DNA of 64,000 nt from contig NC_086101.1 of NCBI RefSeq assembly GCF_963921235.1, positions 10,356,001 through 10,420,000 on the forward strand, read 5' to 3'. The notes under the pieces were generated by a model that did no database searches, had not been told where the DNA came from, and saw only the letters and a list, made by a program, of their open reading frames with translations. This document shows positions 38,901 through 51,594 of the stretch, one piece after another (the first letter of the stretch is position 1; each line of letters begins with the position of its first letter). The position numbers and the translations under genes are program-made. Source of the stretch: Mobula hypostoma. Its lineage: Eukaryota.

Positions 38901-40190
38901 TTACTTTTCACCTTACTACTTTTTGCTTCTACCCTCATTTTACACCCCTCTGTCTCTCTGCACTTGTTCCCATCCCCCTGCCACATTAGTTTAAATCCTC
39001 CTGAACAACAGTAGCAAACGTTCCCCCTAGGACATTGTTTCCAGTCCAGCCCAGGTGTTTGTACCGGTCCCATCTCCTCCAGAACTGGTTCCAATGCCCC
39101 AGAAATTTGAATCCCTCCCCCTTGCACCATTTTTCAAGCCACGTATTCATCTGATATATCCTGCTATTTCTACTCTGACTAGCACGTGGCACTGGTAGTA
39201 ATCCAGAGATTATTACCTTTGTGGTCCTACTTTTTAGTTTATCTCCTAACTCCCTAAATTCACCTTGTAGGACCTCATCCCATTTTTTTCCTATATCGTT
39301 GGTACCTATGTGCACCACGACCACTGGCTGTTCACCCTCCCACTCCAGAATGTCCTGCAGCCGCTCAGAGACGTCCTTGACCCTTACACCAGGGAGGCAA
39401 CATACCCTCTTGGAGTCTCGTTTGCGGCCGCAGAAACGCCTGTCTATTCCCCTTACAATCGAATCCCCTATCACTATAGCTCTCCCATTCCTTTCTGTTC
39501 CCTCCTGTGCCGCAGAGCCACCCATGTGCCATGAACTCAGCTGCTGCTGTCTTCCCCTGATGAGACATCTCCCCCAACAGTATATCTGTTTAGGAGGGAG
39601 ATGACCTCAGGGGACTCCTGCACTTCCTGCCAATTGCTACGCTGTTTAGTGGCCACCCATTCCCTTTCTGCCTGTGTAGCCTTTACCTGTGGTGTGGCCA
39701 ACTCACTGAACGTGCTATTCTCGACTTTCTCAGCATCGCGGATGCTCCAGTATGAATCCAATCGCAGCTCCAGCCGCTCAATGCGGTCTGCCAGAAGCTG
39801 CAGCTGGACACATTTCCTGCACACATAGTCGTCAGGGACACTGGAAGTATCCCTGATTTCCCTCATGCTGTAGGAGGAACAAACCATGGGGCCGATCTCA
39901 GCTGTCATGACCTCCCGAATACGCTACAGCCTCGCCGCCTTCCTTGCTTCAAATAAAATACCGCTGCAGATCGTTCTCCTTTTAAAGGAACTTACCTGGC
40001 CTTACCTCACTGTGAGTGAAGCTCGTCCTCAGCCTCTGCTCGCCGAAGCCCCTCGAGACAAAGCCTTCCTACTCTGTCTCTCTCTACTCCGTCGCCCGCT
40101 CCGTCAAACTGCTCTCTTTTAAATACTCCCGCTGCCTCACAGACCGACTTGCACGCGTTTGCGCAGTCATGTCCCGATCAACTGCCGAGA
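35950..40190 (-). mobile_element. Near full-length CR1 LINE (5' UTR, ORF1, ORF2, tail), frameshifted
   Basis: ORF1 has CRKC...LADRIERLELRL (Zn finger/coiled coil) and IVIGDSIVRG...CCLPG...VVHIGTND (SGNH esterase). ORF2 APE is 37788..38801 and RT is 36234..37551. Confidence 0.95.
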
Positions 40191-40894
40191 AAAATCAGGA
40201 GTTCCATCCTGTTCCGTTTTGTAAATCTATCAAAGTCCATAAAACATGCTAGTTATCAAAGGATCTAGTGCTTTTGTGGCTTAAATGATGAATAAATTCT
40301 CCACATATGAGAGAACAGGAATCCTATACTTCCTGACAGCACCTCAGCAATATTTCCCAACTACAATTCCCATTGGTCTTGCCAGCACTGGTCAGAGTGT
40401 TGTTGAATCTTCGGGAATAACTGGTTTAAACATGTACAGGAACAATATTTTTACTAATATGACACTGTGATGATTGTACCTTTATATTATTGAACATCAT
40501 AGTGTTCTGGAGTATGTAAATACATTTTGCTAATCTAATTATGAAAATCTTGACAATAATTTCCCTATTTTAATACAAGTTTGTTGGTTAGAAATGTTCC
40601 CTACATTTCTAAAGTGAGGTGGGGGCTCAGTGATGAACCTGGTGCTCCTTTGCCCAGTAACTTGTTCCTACCTTGTGTGGAGAGGCCAAGGGCATTTTTT
40701 CTCAGGTTATTGGGAGTGGGGTTGGTGAACATTGGTGCTGAGGACAGTGAGGGAGGGAATGCTCACAGCTTCCATCAAATGACAGGAATAACATCTCTCT
40801 CTCTCTCTCCGCCCCCCCTCAGTCCACCACTACCCTACTCCCCCTCCCGACAACCCCTCTCCCAGCTTGTCAGCCTCTCGACTCTTCTGCTGAG

Positions 40895-40952
40895 ATGAAA
40901 GTGATTCACTGCACTCTGCTGTTACTGAACGAGATTCTCATCTCACTCCAAG
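40895..40952 (+). CDS. Signal-peptide coding exon of a butyrophilin/MOG-like IgSF gene (MKVIHCTLLLLNEILISLQ + G)
   Basis: ATG in gagATG context, 19 codons with a hydrophobic core, then CAAG/GTAATT phase-1 donor compatible with the IgV exon; lies in non-repetitive sequence. Possible upstream acceptor ttgtcag at 40873. Confidence 0.7.
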
Positions 40953-42159
40953 GTAATTACCACAAAATCTTGTTTAATTATGTTTCTTTATCTCACAGAG
41001 TAGACACATGGAATCAGAAGATAAAGTGTTTTATATTTAGTAACTTATGAAATTGTTCACTCTATTTAACTGCAATGAATGAATGTCCCATTCCTATCCT
41101 TGAAAGTGAGATTATAGATGTCTGTAATTACAAAAACGTTTTCAAGAGCTTCTTATTTGGTGAAAAACTATAAATTGCTGACTTTTATATGTATTAATTT
41201 GTGAGATAGATGAAATGTATGAGAGTATTAAGTTTAGTTTTTGGTGTGTACCTAATCAAACCCCCACAATCACATCAGCTACAACTCCCATGAATCACAG
41301 GAAAACCATTAAACATGTAGACACACGCACGCATATGCGCGCAGACACAGACGGACAATTCTGCAGATGCTGAAAATCCAGAGTAACTCAGCAAATGCTG
41401 GAGGAGTTCTGACAGGTCAGGCAGCATCTATGGAGAAGAATTAGAAGTCACTGTTCTGGGCTGAGACCCTTCATCGGGACTCCAGTGGTCCTGGATTCCT
41501 ACGATTCCTTGCTGGGCCTTTCCCTTTTTACCAGCATTGCATTTGGTGGCTCAGACACACCCTGTATAGGAATCCCTTCCCCAGCAGTGTCTGAATGGTG
41601 GAACACCCTCCCCAGCAACACTGGGAGACATTCACCAGAAGTAACGGAGCAGTTCAAGGAAGCAAAACATCACCACATCCTCAAGAATAATTGATGTACC
41701 AATCTTGTAAGTTGAGAAAGCAAAGAGTGTTTTGCACCAGCAATATTTGTGAAGCTGAGTCATCATTAGGCTCTGTGCCAAGGTCATGACATATAAATGA
41801 TATGATGTGTGTAAGGGAATGTCAAACAGGCCGTGAATGGCAAGTTAGGAACATCTTGTTCAAATGCCCTTCACTGTGAAATCTGCACATTTTGGGCTCT
41901 GTGCACCCGAAAGTCGACCTTCCATCCAAAAGCTTTTCCTCAGTGCACTCTGCCTTTAGAGAACATTGCAGGTTTTCACAAATAAAAATGGTGAAGGCAT
42001 CTTATGTTTAAGAAACGTCAAAACAACCCCTTTATTGTACTCCAAGCCCTGAACACAATGCATGGTTAAAAAACTTAATGTAATTAAGTCAGATCAGCGT
42101 TTAATATGAAGCTCCAACTCAGTGTCTGTGGTTGTTAATTATATATGTTTTCACTGATT

Positions 42160-42900
42160 ACATTACCATATAACCCCCCATACTTCACTAAAACCGGCAT
42201 TGTGACCCTGTCCGGAGTTTGGACGAGCTGCCCAGCTCAGGTTCTGTGTTCCATGGGAGGAGGGACAGCAGGTGCCTCGGCTCCTCCAGAGGAGTGTTGA
42301 CACACTCATGGTCACGTTGTGATGCCAGGTGCCTGGTAGCGGAATCCTCCACATCCTGGTGGGTTGGATTAAGGTGATCTACTGAAATATGTTCAGGTTT
42401 ACCCCTCTTATCTGTGATAAAAGTCTTTTCTCCCCATTCCAAAATGTGGAATGGGTCGTTGTTAGGGGTCTAAGGGGATGTTGGTGTGCATCACGTCGGA
42501 TGAAAACAAACGAGGTGGAATGTAGGTGGAATGGAAGCCAAGTGTGCTGTGCACCATGACGGGAGGTGGGAATAGGTGAAAAGGAATTGAATTTACTGAA
42601 GAGGGTGGCACGTTTTGAATGGTCGACAAGGCAGTCACGGTGTCAGGAATGAAATCACCTGGGTCTCGTAATGGCTGCCCTTATACCAACAGCCATGGAT
42701 GACTGCAGGTCCTCTTGGAGCTGTTCTGAGCCTCAGGAGGACCCACACGAGATGATTATGCCAAGACCCATAGGTCAGGGAAGCCCTCAGAGCAGCCTTT
42801 GAGGAACGGTGAAACCACTCACATAGGCCATTGGGGTGTGGGGGTACTCTGTGGTGGGAGGAACCATTTCTGCTAGATTCCAGGGTGTGTTGGTTACTTG
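42160..42900 (-). mobile_element. Gypsy integrase 3' fragment with polypurine tract
   Basis: HPNGLCEWFHRSSKAALRA...WVLLRLRTAP and GKPEHISVDHLNP motifs; G-rich PPT near 42174-42179. Confidence 0.75.
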
Positions 42901-42986
42901 TCATCAGGAACTTGCATCTGCCTAATTCTGGTGTATATCTCCAAACAATTAATCACAGAGGAAAATTGTCATGCAGATATTTACAG

Positions 42987-43615
42987 CAGCCTTTCTCAAA
43001 CTTTTTCCCTGGAAGAACTATTGAAATAATTTTTAGATCTCAGGGAACCCCTGCATCAAAATTATATCTGCAGCTCATGGTACATTAGTGTGATCAGTAG
43101 GCTGTAGATATAATAATTCAAAAATAATTGTCAATGCTCTTTTGAATAGAGGATGTATTTTTAGCTGGCCTTTCTTGAAAAGGAAACATAGTTAAGCTCA
43201 GCTAACCTTTCTTGGAATTAATCTCTTTCTTTCCCTTCCATGAATTTTAAAAACTCATAAGGCAAACAAAATAAATTTTTCAATACTGGGTCGAACTTGA
43301 GATAAGCACACATGGATTTCACCTTCAGCTGAAATGAGATGATTTTTATCCTTGCTCTTGTTGCTTGTTCAGCAAAAAAAAGCTTGCTCACACGTGTAAG
43401 AAGTTGAAATCTGCAGCAAAATGTTCATTGCTTTCCAATGGCAAGATACTCTTCTTCTATAGAAATCCAGAATTTATCCAGGGTCAGGTCATTAAATCTA
43501 ATCCTGAGTGCATGATCAGAGTGCAGCTCACAAAGTTCTTCCTCTTCCTTCAAAGTCAGGCTCTCAGACTGAGCAGAAGATTCAGAGAAAGATTCCCTCA
43601 ACAAGTCATACACTT
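42987..43615 (-). mobile_element. hAT (Charlie-like) DNA transposon 3' fragment
   Basis: TIR-like CAGCCTTTCTCAAAC; LTLKEEEELCELHSD...FWISIEEEY resembles the hAT C-terminal dimerisation region. Confidence 0.7.
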
Positions 43616-45080
43616 GAGTTGAGGGTGGCTAATGTAACCCCACTTTTTAAAAAAGGAGGGAGAGAGAAACCGGGGAATTATAGGCCAGTTAGCCTAACGT
43701 CGGTGGTGGGGAAACTGCTGGAGTCAGTTATCAAGGATGTGATAACAGCACATTTGGAAAGCAGAGAAATGATCGGACAAAGTCAGCATGGATTTGTGAA
43801 AGGAAAATCATGTCTGACGAATCTCATAGAATTTTTTGAGGATGTAACTAGTAGAGTGGATAGGGGAGAACCAGTGGATGTGGTATATTTGGATTTTCAA
43901 AAGGCTTTTGACAAGGTCCCACACAGGAGATTAGTGTGCAAACTTAAAGCACACGGTATTGGGGGTAAGGTATTGGTGTGGGTGGAGAATTGGTTAGCAG
44001 ACAGGAAGCAAAGAGTGGGAATAAACGGGACCTTTTCAAAATGGCAGGCGGTGACTAGTGGGGTACCGCAAGGCTCAGTGCTGGGACCCCAGTTGTTTAC
44101 AATATATATTAATGACTTGGATGAGGGAATTAAATGCAGCATCTCCAAGTTTGCGGATGACACGAAGCTGGGCAGCAGTGTTAGCAGTGAGGAGGATGCT
44201 AAGAGGATGCAGGGTGACTTGGATAGGTTGGGTGAGTGGGCAAACTCATGGCAGATGCAATTTAATGTGGATAAATGTGAAGTTATCCACTTTGGTGGCA
44301 AAAATAGGAAAACAGATTATTATCTGAATGGTGGCCGATTAGGAAAAGGGGAGGTGCAACGAGACCTGGGTGTCATTATACACCAGTCATTGAAAGTGGG
44401 CATGCAGGTACAGCAGGCGGTGAAAAAGGCGAACGGTATGCTGGCATTTATAGCGAGAGGATTCGAGTACAGGAGCAGGGAGGTACTACTGCAGTTGTAC
44501 AAGGCCTTGGTGAGACCACACCTGGAGTATCGTGTGCAGTTTTGGTCCCCTAATCTGAGGAAAGACATCTTTGCCATAGAGGGAGTACAAAGAAGGTTCA
44601 CCAGATTGATTCCTGGGATGGCAGGTCTTTCATATGAAGAAAGACTGGATGAACTGGGCTTGTACTCGTTGGAATTTAGAAGATTGAGGGGGGATCTGAT
44701 TGAAACGTATAAGATCCGAAAGGGATTGGGCAGGCTAGATGCGGGAAGATTGTTCCCGATGTTGGGGAGTTCCAGAACGAGGGGTCACAGTTTGAGGATA
44801 GAGGGGAAGCCTTTTAGGACCGAGATTAGGAAAAACTTCTTCACACAGAGAGTGGTGAATCTGTGGAATTCTCTGCCACAGCAAACTGTTGAGGCCAGTT
44901 CATTGGCTATGTTTAAGAGGGAGTTAGATATGGCCCTTGTGGCTACAGGGGTCGGGTGTATGGAGGGAAGGCTGGGTTCTGAGTTGGATGATCAGCCATG
45001 ATCATAATAAATGGCAGTGCAGGCTCGAAGGGCCGAATGGCCTACTCCTGCACCTATTTTCTATGTTTCTATGTTTCTAT
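43616..45080 (+). mobile_element. CR1 LINE, young family, 5'-truncated, RT frame open
   Basis: Uninterrupted reading frame from [12 protein letters not shown] to the ORF2 C-terminus; (TTTCTATG)n tail. Confidence 0.95.
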
Positions 45081-45401
45081 GAAAGGGAGGAAAAATACTG
45101 TTCAGTTTTGTTTTGCAGTTCTTCCAGGTGACTTTCATTTAGAGTCGAGACTTTCTGATACCCTTCCTCACTCTCAAGCCCAAACAGCTGTGGAAACTTT
45201 TCAATATTTCCTTTTGCAACATGATTTTTTCAAAGATTCAGTATCCTTTTAAATCCAAGAATCTTGTCATTTGAAGTCAAAACGTTTTCTCCAGGAAATT
45301 CAGAAACTTGTTCAACTAGTTCATATGATGAAAAATGTTTGTTAAGTAGGCTACTTTCTGCATTAGGGTTTTATTTCTCTTTGGCATGATGCCAAGTGTG
45401 A

Positions 45402-46303
45402 TAGAAACATAGAAAATCTACTGCAGAATACAGGACCTTCACCCCACGATGCTGTGCCGAACATACTTACTTTAGAAATTACCAAGGGCTACCTGTAGCC
45501 CTCTATTTTCTTAAGCTCCATGTACTTATCCAGGAGTCTCTTAAAAGACCCAGTCATATCAGCCTCCACCACTATTGCCGGCAGCCCATTCCTCGCATTC
45601 ACCACTCTCTGCGTTAAAAACTTACCCCTGACATCTCCTCTGTACCTCCTTCCAAGCACCTTAAACCTGTGCCCTCTTGTGTTTGCCGTTTCAGCCCAGG
45701 GAAAAAGCCTCTGACTATCTCCATGATCAATGCCTCTCATCATCTTACACACCTCTGTCAGGTCATCTCTCATCCTCTGTTGTTCCAAGGCCAAAAGGCC
45801 AGGTTCACACAACCTATTCTCATGAGGCCTGCTCCCAAATCCAGGCAACATCCTTATAAATCTCCTCTGCACCCTTTCGACAGTTTCCACATCCTTCCTG
45901 TAGTGAGGTGACCAGAAATGAGCACAGTACTCCAAATGGGGTCTGACCAGGGTCCTATATAGCTGTAACGTTACCCCTCAGCTCTTAAACTCAATCCCAT
46001 GGTTGATGAAGGTCAATGCACCGTATACCTTCTTAACCACACAGTCATCCTGCACAGCAGCTTTGAGTGTCCTATGGATGGGGTCCCCAAGATCCCTCTG
46101 ATCCTCCACACTGCCAAGAGTCTTACCATTAATACTATATTCTTTTGTCACATTTGACTAGACCAAATGAACCACCTCACACTTATCTGGGTAAATCTCC
46201 ATCTTCCACTTCTCAGCCCAGTTTTGTATCCTATCGATGTCCCAATGTAACCTCTGACAGCCCTCCACACTATCCACAACACCTCCAACCTTTGTGTCAT
46301 CAA
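45402..46303 (-). mobile_element. CR1 LINE 3' fragment
   Basis: DDTKVGGVVDS and EYCAHFWSPHYRKD motifs; CR1 tail. Confidence 0.9.
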
Positions 46304-46539
46304 GTTTGATTGGGAGTAGTGATGGAGCCTCTCGACGCCAGGAGAGATATTTGATTGGGAGTAGTGATGAAGCCTCAGCTTTTTGCAGTTTATTTAAAAA
46401 AAATATGACGACTGGACAATGTCTATATAAAATTGCTACTTCAGCCCTCAAATTTTGGTCTATGAGCACTTGGAATGCATTAAACTTTCTGCAACAAATT
46501 TTTTGTTGTAATTTGGGTTTTTCTGTCCAGCTTGGGCCT

Positions 46540-47124
46540 GGTAGAAGGGTCAGAGCCATCTCTATTTCCTGAGGAGACTGAGGTCCTTTAACATCTGCCG
46601 GACGATGCTGAGGATGTTCTACGAGTCTGTGGTGACCAGTGCGATCATGTTTGCTGTTGTGTGCTGGGGCAGCAGGCTGAGGGTAGCAGACACCAACAGA
46701 ATCAACAAACTCATCCGTAAGGCCAGTGATGTTATGGGGATGGAACTGGACTCTCTCACAGTGGTGTCTGAAAAGAGGATGCGGTCTAAGTTGCATGCCA
46801 TCTTGGTCAATGTCTCCCATCCACTACATAATGTACTGGGTGGGCAGAGGAGTACATTCAGCCAGAGGCTCGTTCCACCAAGATGCAGCACAGAGCGTCA
46901 TAGGAAGTCAATCCTGCCTGTGACCATCAAACTTTACAACTCCTCCCTTGGAGGGTGAGACACCCTGAGCCGATAGGCTGGTCCTGGATTATTTCATAAT
47001 TTACTGGCATAATTTACATATTACTATTTAACTAATTATGGTTCTATTACTATTTATTATTTATGGTGCAACTGTAACGAAAACCAATTTCCCCCGGGAT
47101 CAATAAAGTATGACTATGACTATG
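46540..47124 (+). mobile_element. Rex1/Babar-type LINE 3' fragment (family of 5690-7394)
   Basis: MLRMFYESVVTSAIMFAVVCWGS...; AATAAA followed by (ACTATG)n tail. Confidence 0.9.
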
Positions 47125-47324
47125 TTGGATTTCACATACAGATTTCCGTGCTGAGTCCCACCCACACCATTACCCACCCTCCGACCTAAACCATCCCTTT
47201 CTTCATGCTTGTTGAGTGGGTTGTGGTGGGGTAGCTGTGGGATGTTATTTTCCACCCTGGCGCTCTGTGGGATGCCAAACTATTTTGATGGTTGGGAGGG
47301 TGGGGTAGATGCAGGGGCAGAACC

Positions 47325-47856
47325 AGTATTCCATGCACCAACCACTCTCTGAGTGAAAAAAACCTTCCTCTAATATCCCGCTTGAACTTCCCACCCCTTA
47401 CCTTAAAGCCATGTCCTCTTCTATTGAGCAGTGGTGCCCTGGGGAAGAGGCACTGGCTGTCCACTCTATCTATTCCTCTTAATATCTTGTATACCTCTAT
47501 CATGTCTCCTCTCATCCTGCTTCTCTCCAAAGAGTAAAGCACTAGCTCCCTTAATCTCTGATCATAATGCATACTCTCTAAACCAGGCAGCATCCTGGTA
47601 AATCTCCTCCGTACCCTTTCCAATGCTTCCACATCCTTCCTATAGTGAGGCGACCAGAACTGGACATGGTACTCCAAATGTGGCCTAACCAGAGTTTTAT
47701 AGAGCTGCATCATTATCTCGTGACTCTTAAACTCTATCCCTCGACTTATGAAATCTAACACTCCATAAGCTTTCTTTACCTCCCTATCTACCTGTGAGGC
47801 AACTTTCAGGGATCTGTGGACATGTACCCCCAGATCCCTTTGTTCCTCCATACTAT
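47325..47856 (-). mobile_element. CR1 LINE fragment (family of 22372-24416)
   Basis: EEQRDLGVHVHRSLK...YKTLVRPHLEY motifs. Confidence 0.9.
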
Positions 47857-48765
47857 TTGATGGTATGTATTTGTTTAAAAAGGGTTCTAAGAGTAAACCT
47901 AACAATTATTGGCCTGTGAGTTTGACGTCAGTGGTGGGTAAATTGATAGAAAGTATTCTTAGAGATGGTATATATAATTATCTGGATAGACAGGGTCTGA
48001 TTAGGAACAGTCAACATGGATTTGTACATGGAAGGTCATGTTTGAAAAATATTATGGAATTTTTTGAAGAGGTTACTAGGAATGTTGACGAGGGTAAAGC
48101 GGTGGATATTGTCTATATGGACTTCAGTAAGGCCTTTGACAAGGTTCCACATGGAAGATTAGTTAGGAAGGTTCAGTCATTGGGTATTAATATTGAAGTA
48201 GTAAAATGGATTCAGCAGTGGCTGGATGGGAGACGCCAGAGAGGGGTGGTGGATAAGTGTTTGTCAGATTGGAGGCTGGTGACTAGTGGTGTGCCTCAGG
48301 GATCTGTACTGGGTCCAATATTATTTGTCATATACATTAATGATCTGGATGATGGGGTGGTAAATTGGATGAGTAAGTATGCAGATGATACTAAGGTAGG
48401 TGGAGTTGTGGATAATGAAGTAGGTTTTCAAAGCTTGTAGAGAGATTTAGGCCAGTTAGAGGAGTGTGCTGAAAGATGGCAGATGTAGTTTAATGCTGAT
48501 AAATGTGAGGTGCTACAGTTTGGTAGGACTAATCAAAATAGGACATACATGGTAAATGGTAGGGCATTGAAGAATGCAGTAGAACAGAGGGATCTAGGAA
48601 TAATGGAGCATAGTTCCCTGAAGGTGGAATCTCATGTGGATAGGGTGGTGAAGGAAGCTTTTGGTATGCTGGCCTTTATATCAGAGCATTGAGTATAGGA
48701 GTTGGGATGTAATGTTAAAATTGTACAAGGCATTGGTGAGGCCAAATTTGGAGTGTTGTGTACAG

Positions 48766-51007
48766 TTCTGGTCACCAGGCTTTTTAAGCCCAAGATCCCC
48801 TACCTCGACCTCAGTGAAAGGCAAGATCTACCTACTAAATCGTTTAGAGAAAAAACAGCTCGGATTGTACTTCCAGTTTGAGGCCTTTTATTTGGGCGAA
48901 TTGTATTTGAATTACACAAAATACTTTTGTCAAACTTTCAAATTAATTCAAACAAGAAAACACTGTAACTAGCATATCAAACAGGCCATAGCTGTCTTTC
49001 TTTAAGAATATTACAATACTTCACACCTTTAATTCTAAGTTTCATTATTTAATTTTATTTCAACATGAAAAATAAATGAATAAAAATTGACTATTGCACT
49101 CAGTGTGATGACTGGGGCCGAATACTTTCTGCTTGTTCCCTGAAATTTGGCTCATAACTACAGACAGCCAGTCTGAGACAGTCTGTGAGGTGTAGGGTTG
49201 CCAGCTGTCCCGTATTTCCCCCACTAAGGTAGAACGTTCCTATGAAACCTTTCGTGCCAAAATGCTTTATGCCGAAGAAGCAATTACCATTAATTTATAT
49301 GGAACAAAATTTTGAGCGTTCCCTGACCCAAAAAAATAACCTACCAAATCATACCAAATAACACATAAAACCTAAAATAACACTAATATATAGTAAAAGC
49401 AGGAATGATATGATAAATACACAGCCTATATAAAGAAATAATGAAAATTAAGCCAAAACCGATTGGTGGGGTAAAGAGAAGAAATCGGCACATACGCACA
49501 TGCGCACACAGGTGCCCGCACAAGGCTTCATGGTCATGGTAGTCTTTCTCGGGATAAACACAAATATCCCGAGATTTGACTGCTAATTTTGTCCATTATT
49601 TGGGAATGAGAAAGTTGGCAATCCTAGAGAGGTGTCTGTCAGTAAGTCAGCTCCTGTACTTAGATTTAATAATTTTCATCTGTGAAAATACAATTTCAGA
49701 TAGATGTTGACCCGAAGTAGGCACTGACTTTTAGTGCTATAAAACACACTACGCATTGCTCGGTCCCATCAGTAGTAATTGCCACCAGTTTATGAATGGG
49801 GATGTCATTTTCATGGACATTTTTTTAAACTCATTGTAAATATCCTCACCTCTCGTTCTTTCCTTTAATTGCAAAAGAGTGAGGACGTCCTCCTTTGTAG
49901 TAAAATCCTGGAAAGCCATTCTGACAAATACAACAAGCTGAGCTGTTTGCATTACATCCAGGGATTCGTCGAACTGTAGTGAAAAATATTCACGTCCTCT
50001 GACGGTGACTCTACCCTCCTTGTCACTGTTGCAGGGCCAACTGGTATATTATGTATTGCGGTTGTGATGCCCTTTTTGTTTTTAAAGTCATTAAAAACAG
50101 TCTCTGCGGTAATGACCATTGCTTCCTTGAATAAATCACCATCTGTAAAAGGCTTCTTGTGTTTAGCCAAAAGGTGACTTACACGAAATGATGCTTCAAT
50201 ATCAGCCTTATTTTGAGCAGGATGTTTTGGGAAAAACGATTGCTGGGACTTCAACCCCGATTTCAGCTCAACTTTCCAGGCACGAATTGCGCTCTTTGGG
50301 GGGTAGGTGTCTTTAAATTTCTGGTGGTTGGTGCTGTGGTGCCGCTCCAGATTCCCTCTTTTAGTCAGTGCTTGTGTTTGGTGGCACAACATACATACAC
50401 ACTTGTCTTTCACCAAGGTAAATAGAAATTCCTCTTCCCATTCTGGATGGAATTTGTATTTTTTCGCCTTCTTTCGTGGAGCCTCCGCCATGCTATCAGG
50501 ATATCACGAGCGATTGGTGATTGCGTCGCCTCTGGTCTGAGCCGACCTTTACGTGCCGGACAGAACCTAATTAATTAGTTTGTTTATTTTGGCTTTTTTC
50601 TTAAAAATGTGCTGTGTGCATCCCGACCACCGCTGCACCCCTGCCTGCTTCACGGCCCGGAGGTCGGGGACACTGCCGTATATTGATGTTTGCGACAGTC
50701 TGTACTCTTATCTAATCTGATTGGTCACTTTGATGCAGCACAGGCTACGCTGAAAACGCAGTGCGTGGCGGCGGAGCTACACACATGCGCACTGGGCAGA
50801 AAGAACAGAACTAAACCTCCGCAACCCGGAAACAATCTCTCTTTACAAACAGCTTTTTAGCAAAAATATTGCTATATTACCATTATCCTAATTAGTATTA
50901 CTTACTTTTATAATGCTCACATTACAACAGTATTTGTGTATTTATTTTTGATTTTTCTTCGGGATCTACTGGGAAAGTCTGAAAGATTGATGGGTTGGCG
51001 ACCTCTA
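48766..51007 (-). mobile_element. hAT (Charlie/SPIN-like) DNA transposon, internally deleted transposase (GTF2IRD2/EPM2AIP1-like)
   Basis: ORF 49952..50491 (FHPEWEEEFLF...CVCMLC...NLERHHSTNH...LAKHKKPFTDG); right TIR GGTTGGCGACCTCTA; 8-bp TSD GTGTACAG at 48758-48765 and 51008-51015. Confidence 0.85.
49193..49626. mobile_element. hAT-type MITE nested in the Charlie-like transposase
   Basis: TIRs TAGGGTTGCCA / TGGCAATCCTA; 8-bp TSD GTGAGGTG / GAGAGGTG. Confidence 0.8.
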
Positions 51008-51594
51008 GTGTACAGTTTTGGTCACCAAATTATAGGAAAGATGTCAACAAAATAGAGAGAGTACAGAGAAGGTTTACTAGAATGTTACCTGGGATTTATC
51101 ACCTAAGTTACAGAGAAAGTTTGAACAAGTTGGGTCTTTATTCTTCAGAACGTAGAAGGTTGAGGGGGGGACTTAATAGAGGTATTTAAAATTATGAGGG
51201 GGATAGATAGAGTTGACGTGGATAGGCTTTTTCCATTGAGAGTGGGGGAGATTCAAACAAGAGGACATGAGTTGAGATTTAAAGGACAAAAGTTTAGGGG
51301 TAACATGAGAGGGAACTTCTTTACTCAGAGAGTGGTAGCTGTGTGGAACGAGCTTCCAGCAGAAGTGGTTGAGGCAGGTTCGATGTTGTCATTCAAACTT
51401 GTGTCAAAACCAGTGACTAACTTACCCATTTCAATTTGGTGGTATGTTATCAAAATTGTAAGACATGCTGAGATTTTTTTTTTCATTTGAGTTCACCGTC
51501 CTGGTTGTGTTGTAGTTTGAACTGTATATTGGGTAACAAGTTCCTCATCAATATTCAACATGTGTTCTTTATCTTATCAATTATTTCTCTCCAG

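Larger units (their letters stand above)
47865..51397 (+). mobile_element. CR1 LINE split by a hAT transposon (48766-51007)
   Basis: RT runs to RPNLECCVQFWSP at 48778 and resumes VQFWSPNYRKD at 51008. Confidence 0.9.

Noticed and set aside
43508..45001. 497-aa ORF as a domesticated RT gene
   Set aside because: The N-terminus is a chance read-in from the antisense hAT fragment; the rest is a young 5'-truncated CR1 with its normal tail.
46304..46369. Two copies of TTTGATTGGGAGTAGTGATG with a short spacer, CRISPR-like
   Set aside because: Only two units, at a TE junction in a vertebrate genome, with no cas genes; probably a local duplication or tiny insertion.
47325..48778. Back-to-back opposite CR1 pieces as a twin-priming inversion
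   Set aside because: The two pieces belong to visibly different CR1 subfamilies and overlap in ORF2 coordinates.
49952..50491. Host gene GTF2IRD2/EPM2AIP1/ZBED8
   Set aside because: It is frameshifted and internally deleted, bounded by a TIR and TSD, and inserted in a CR1, so it is a transposon copy.
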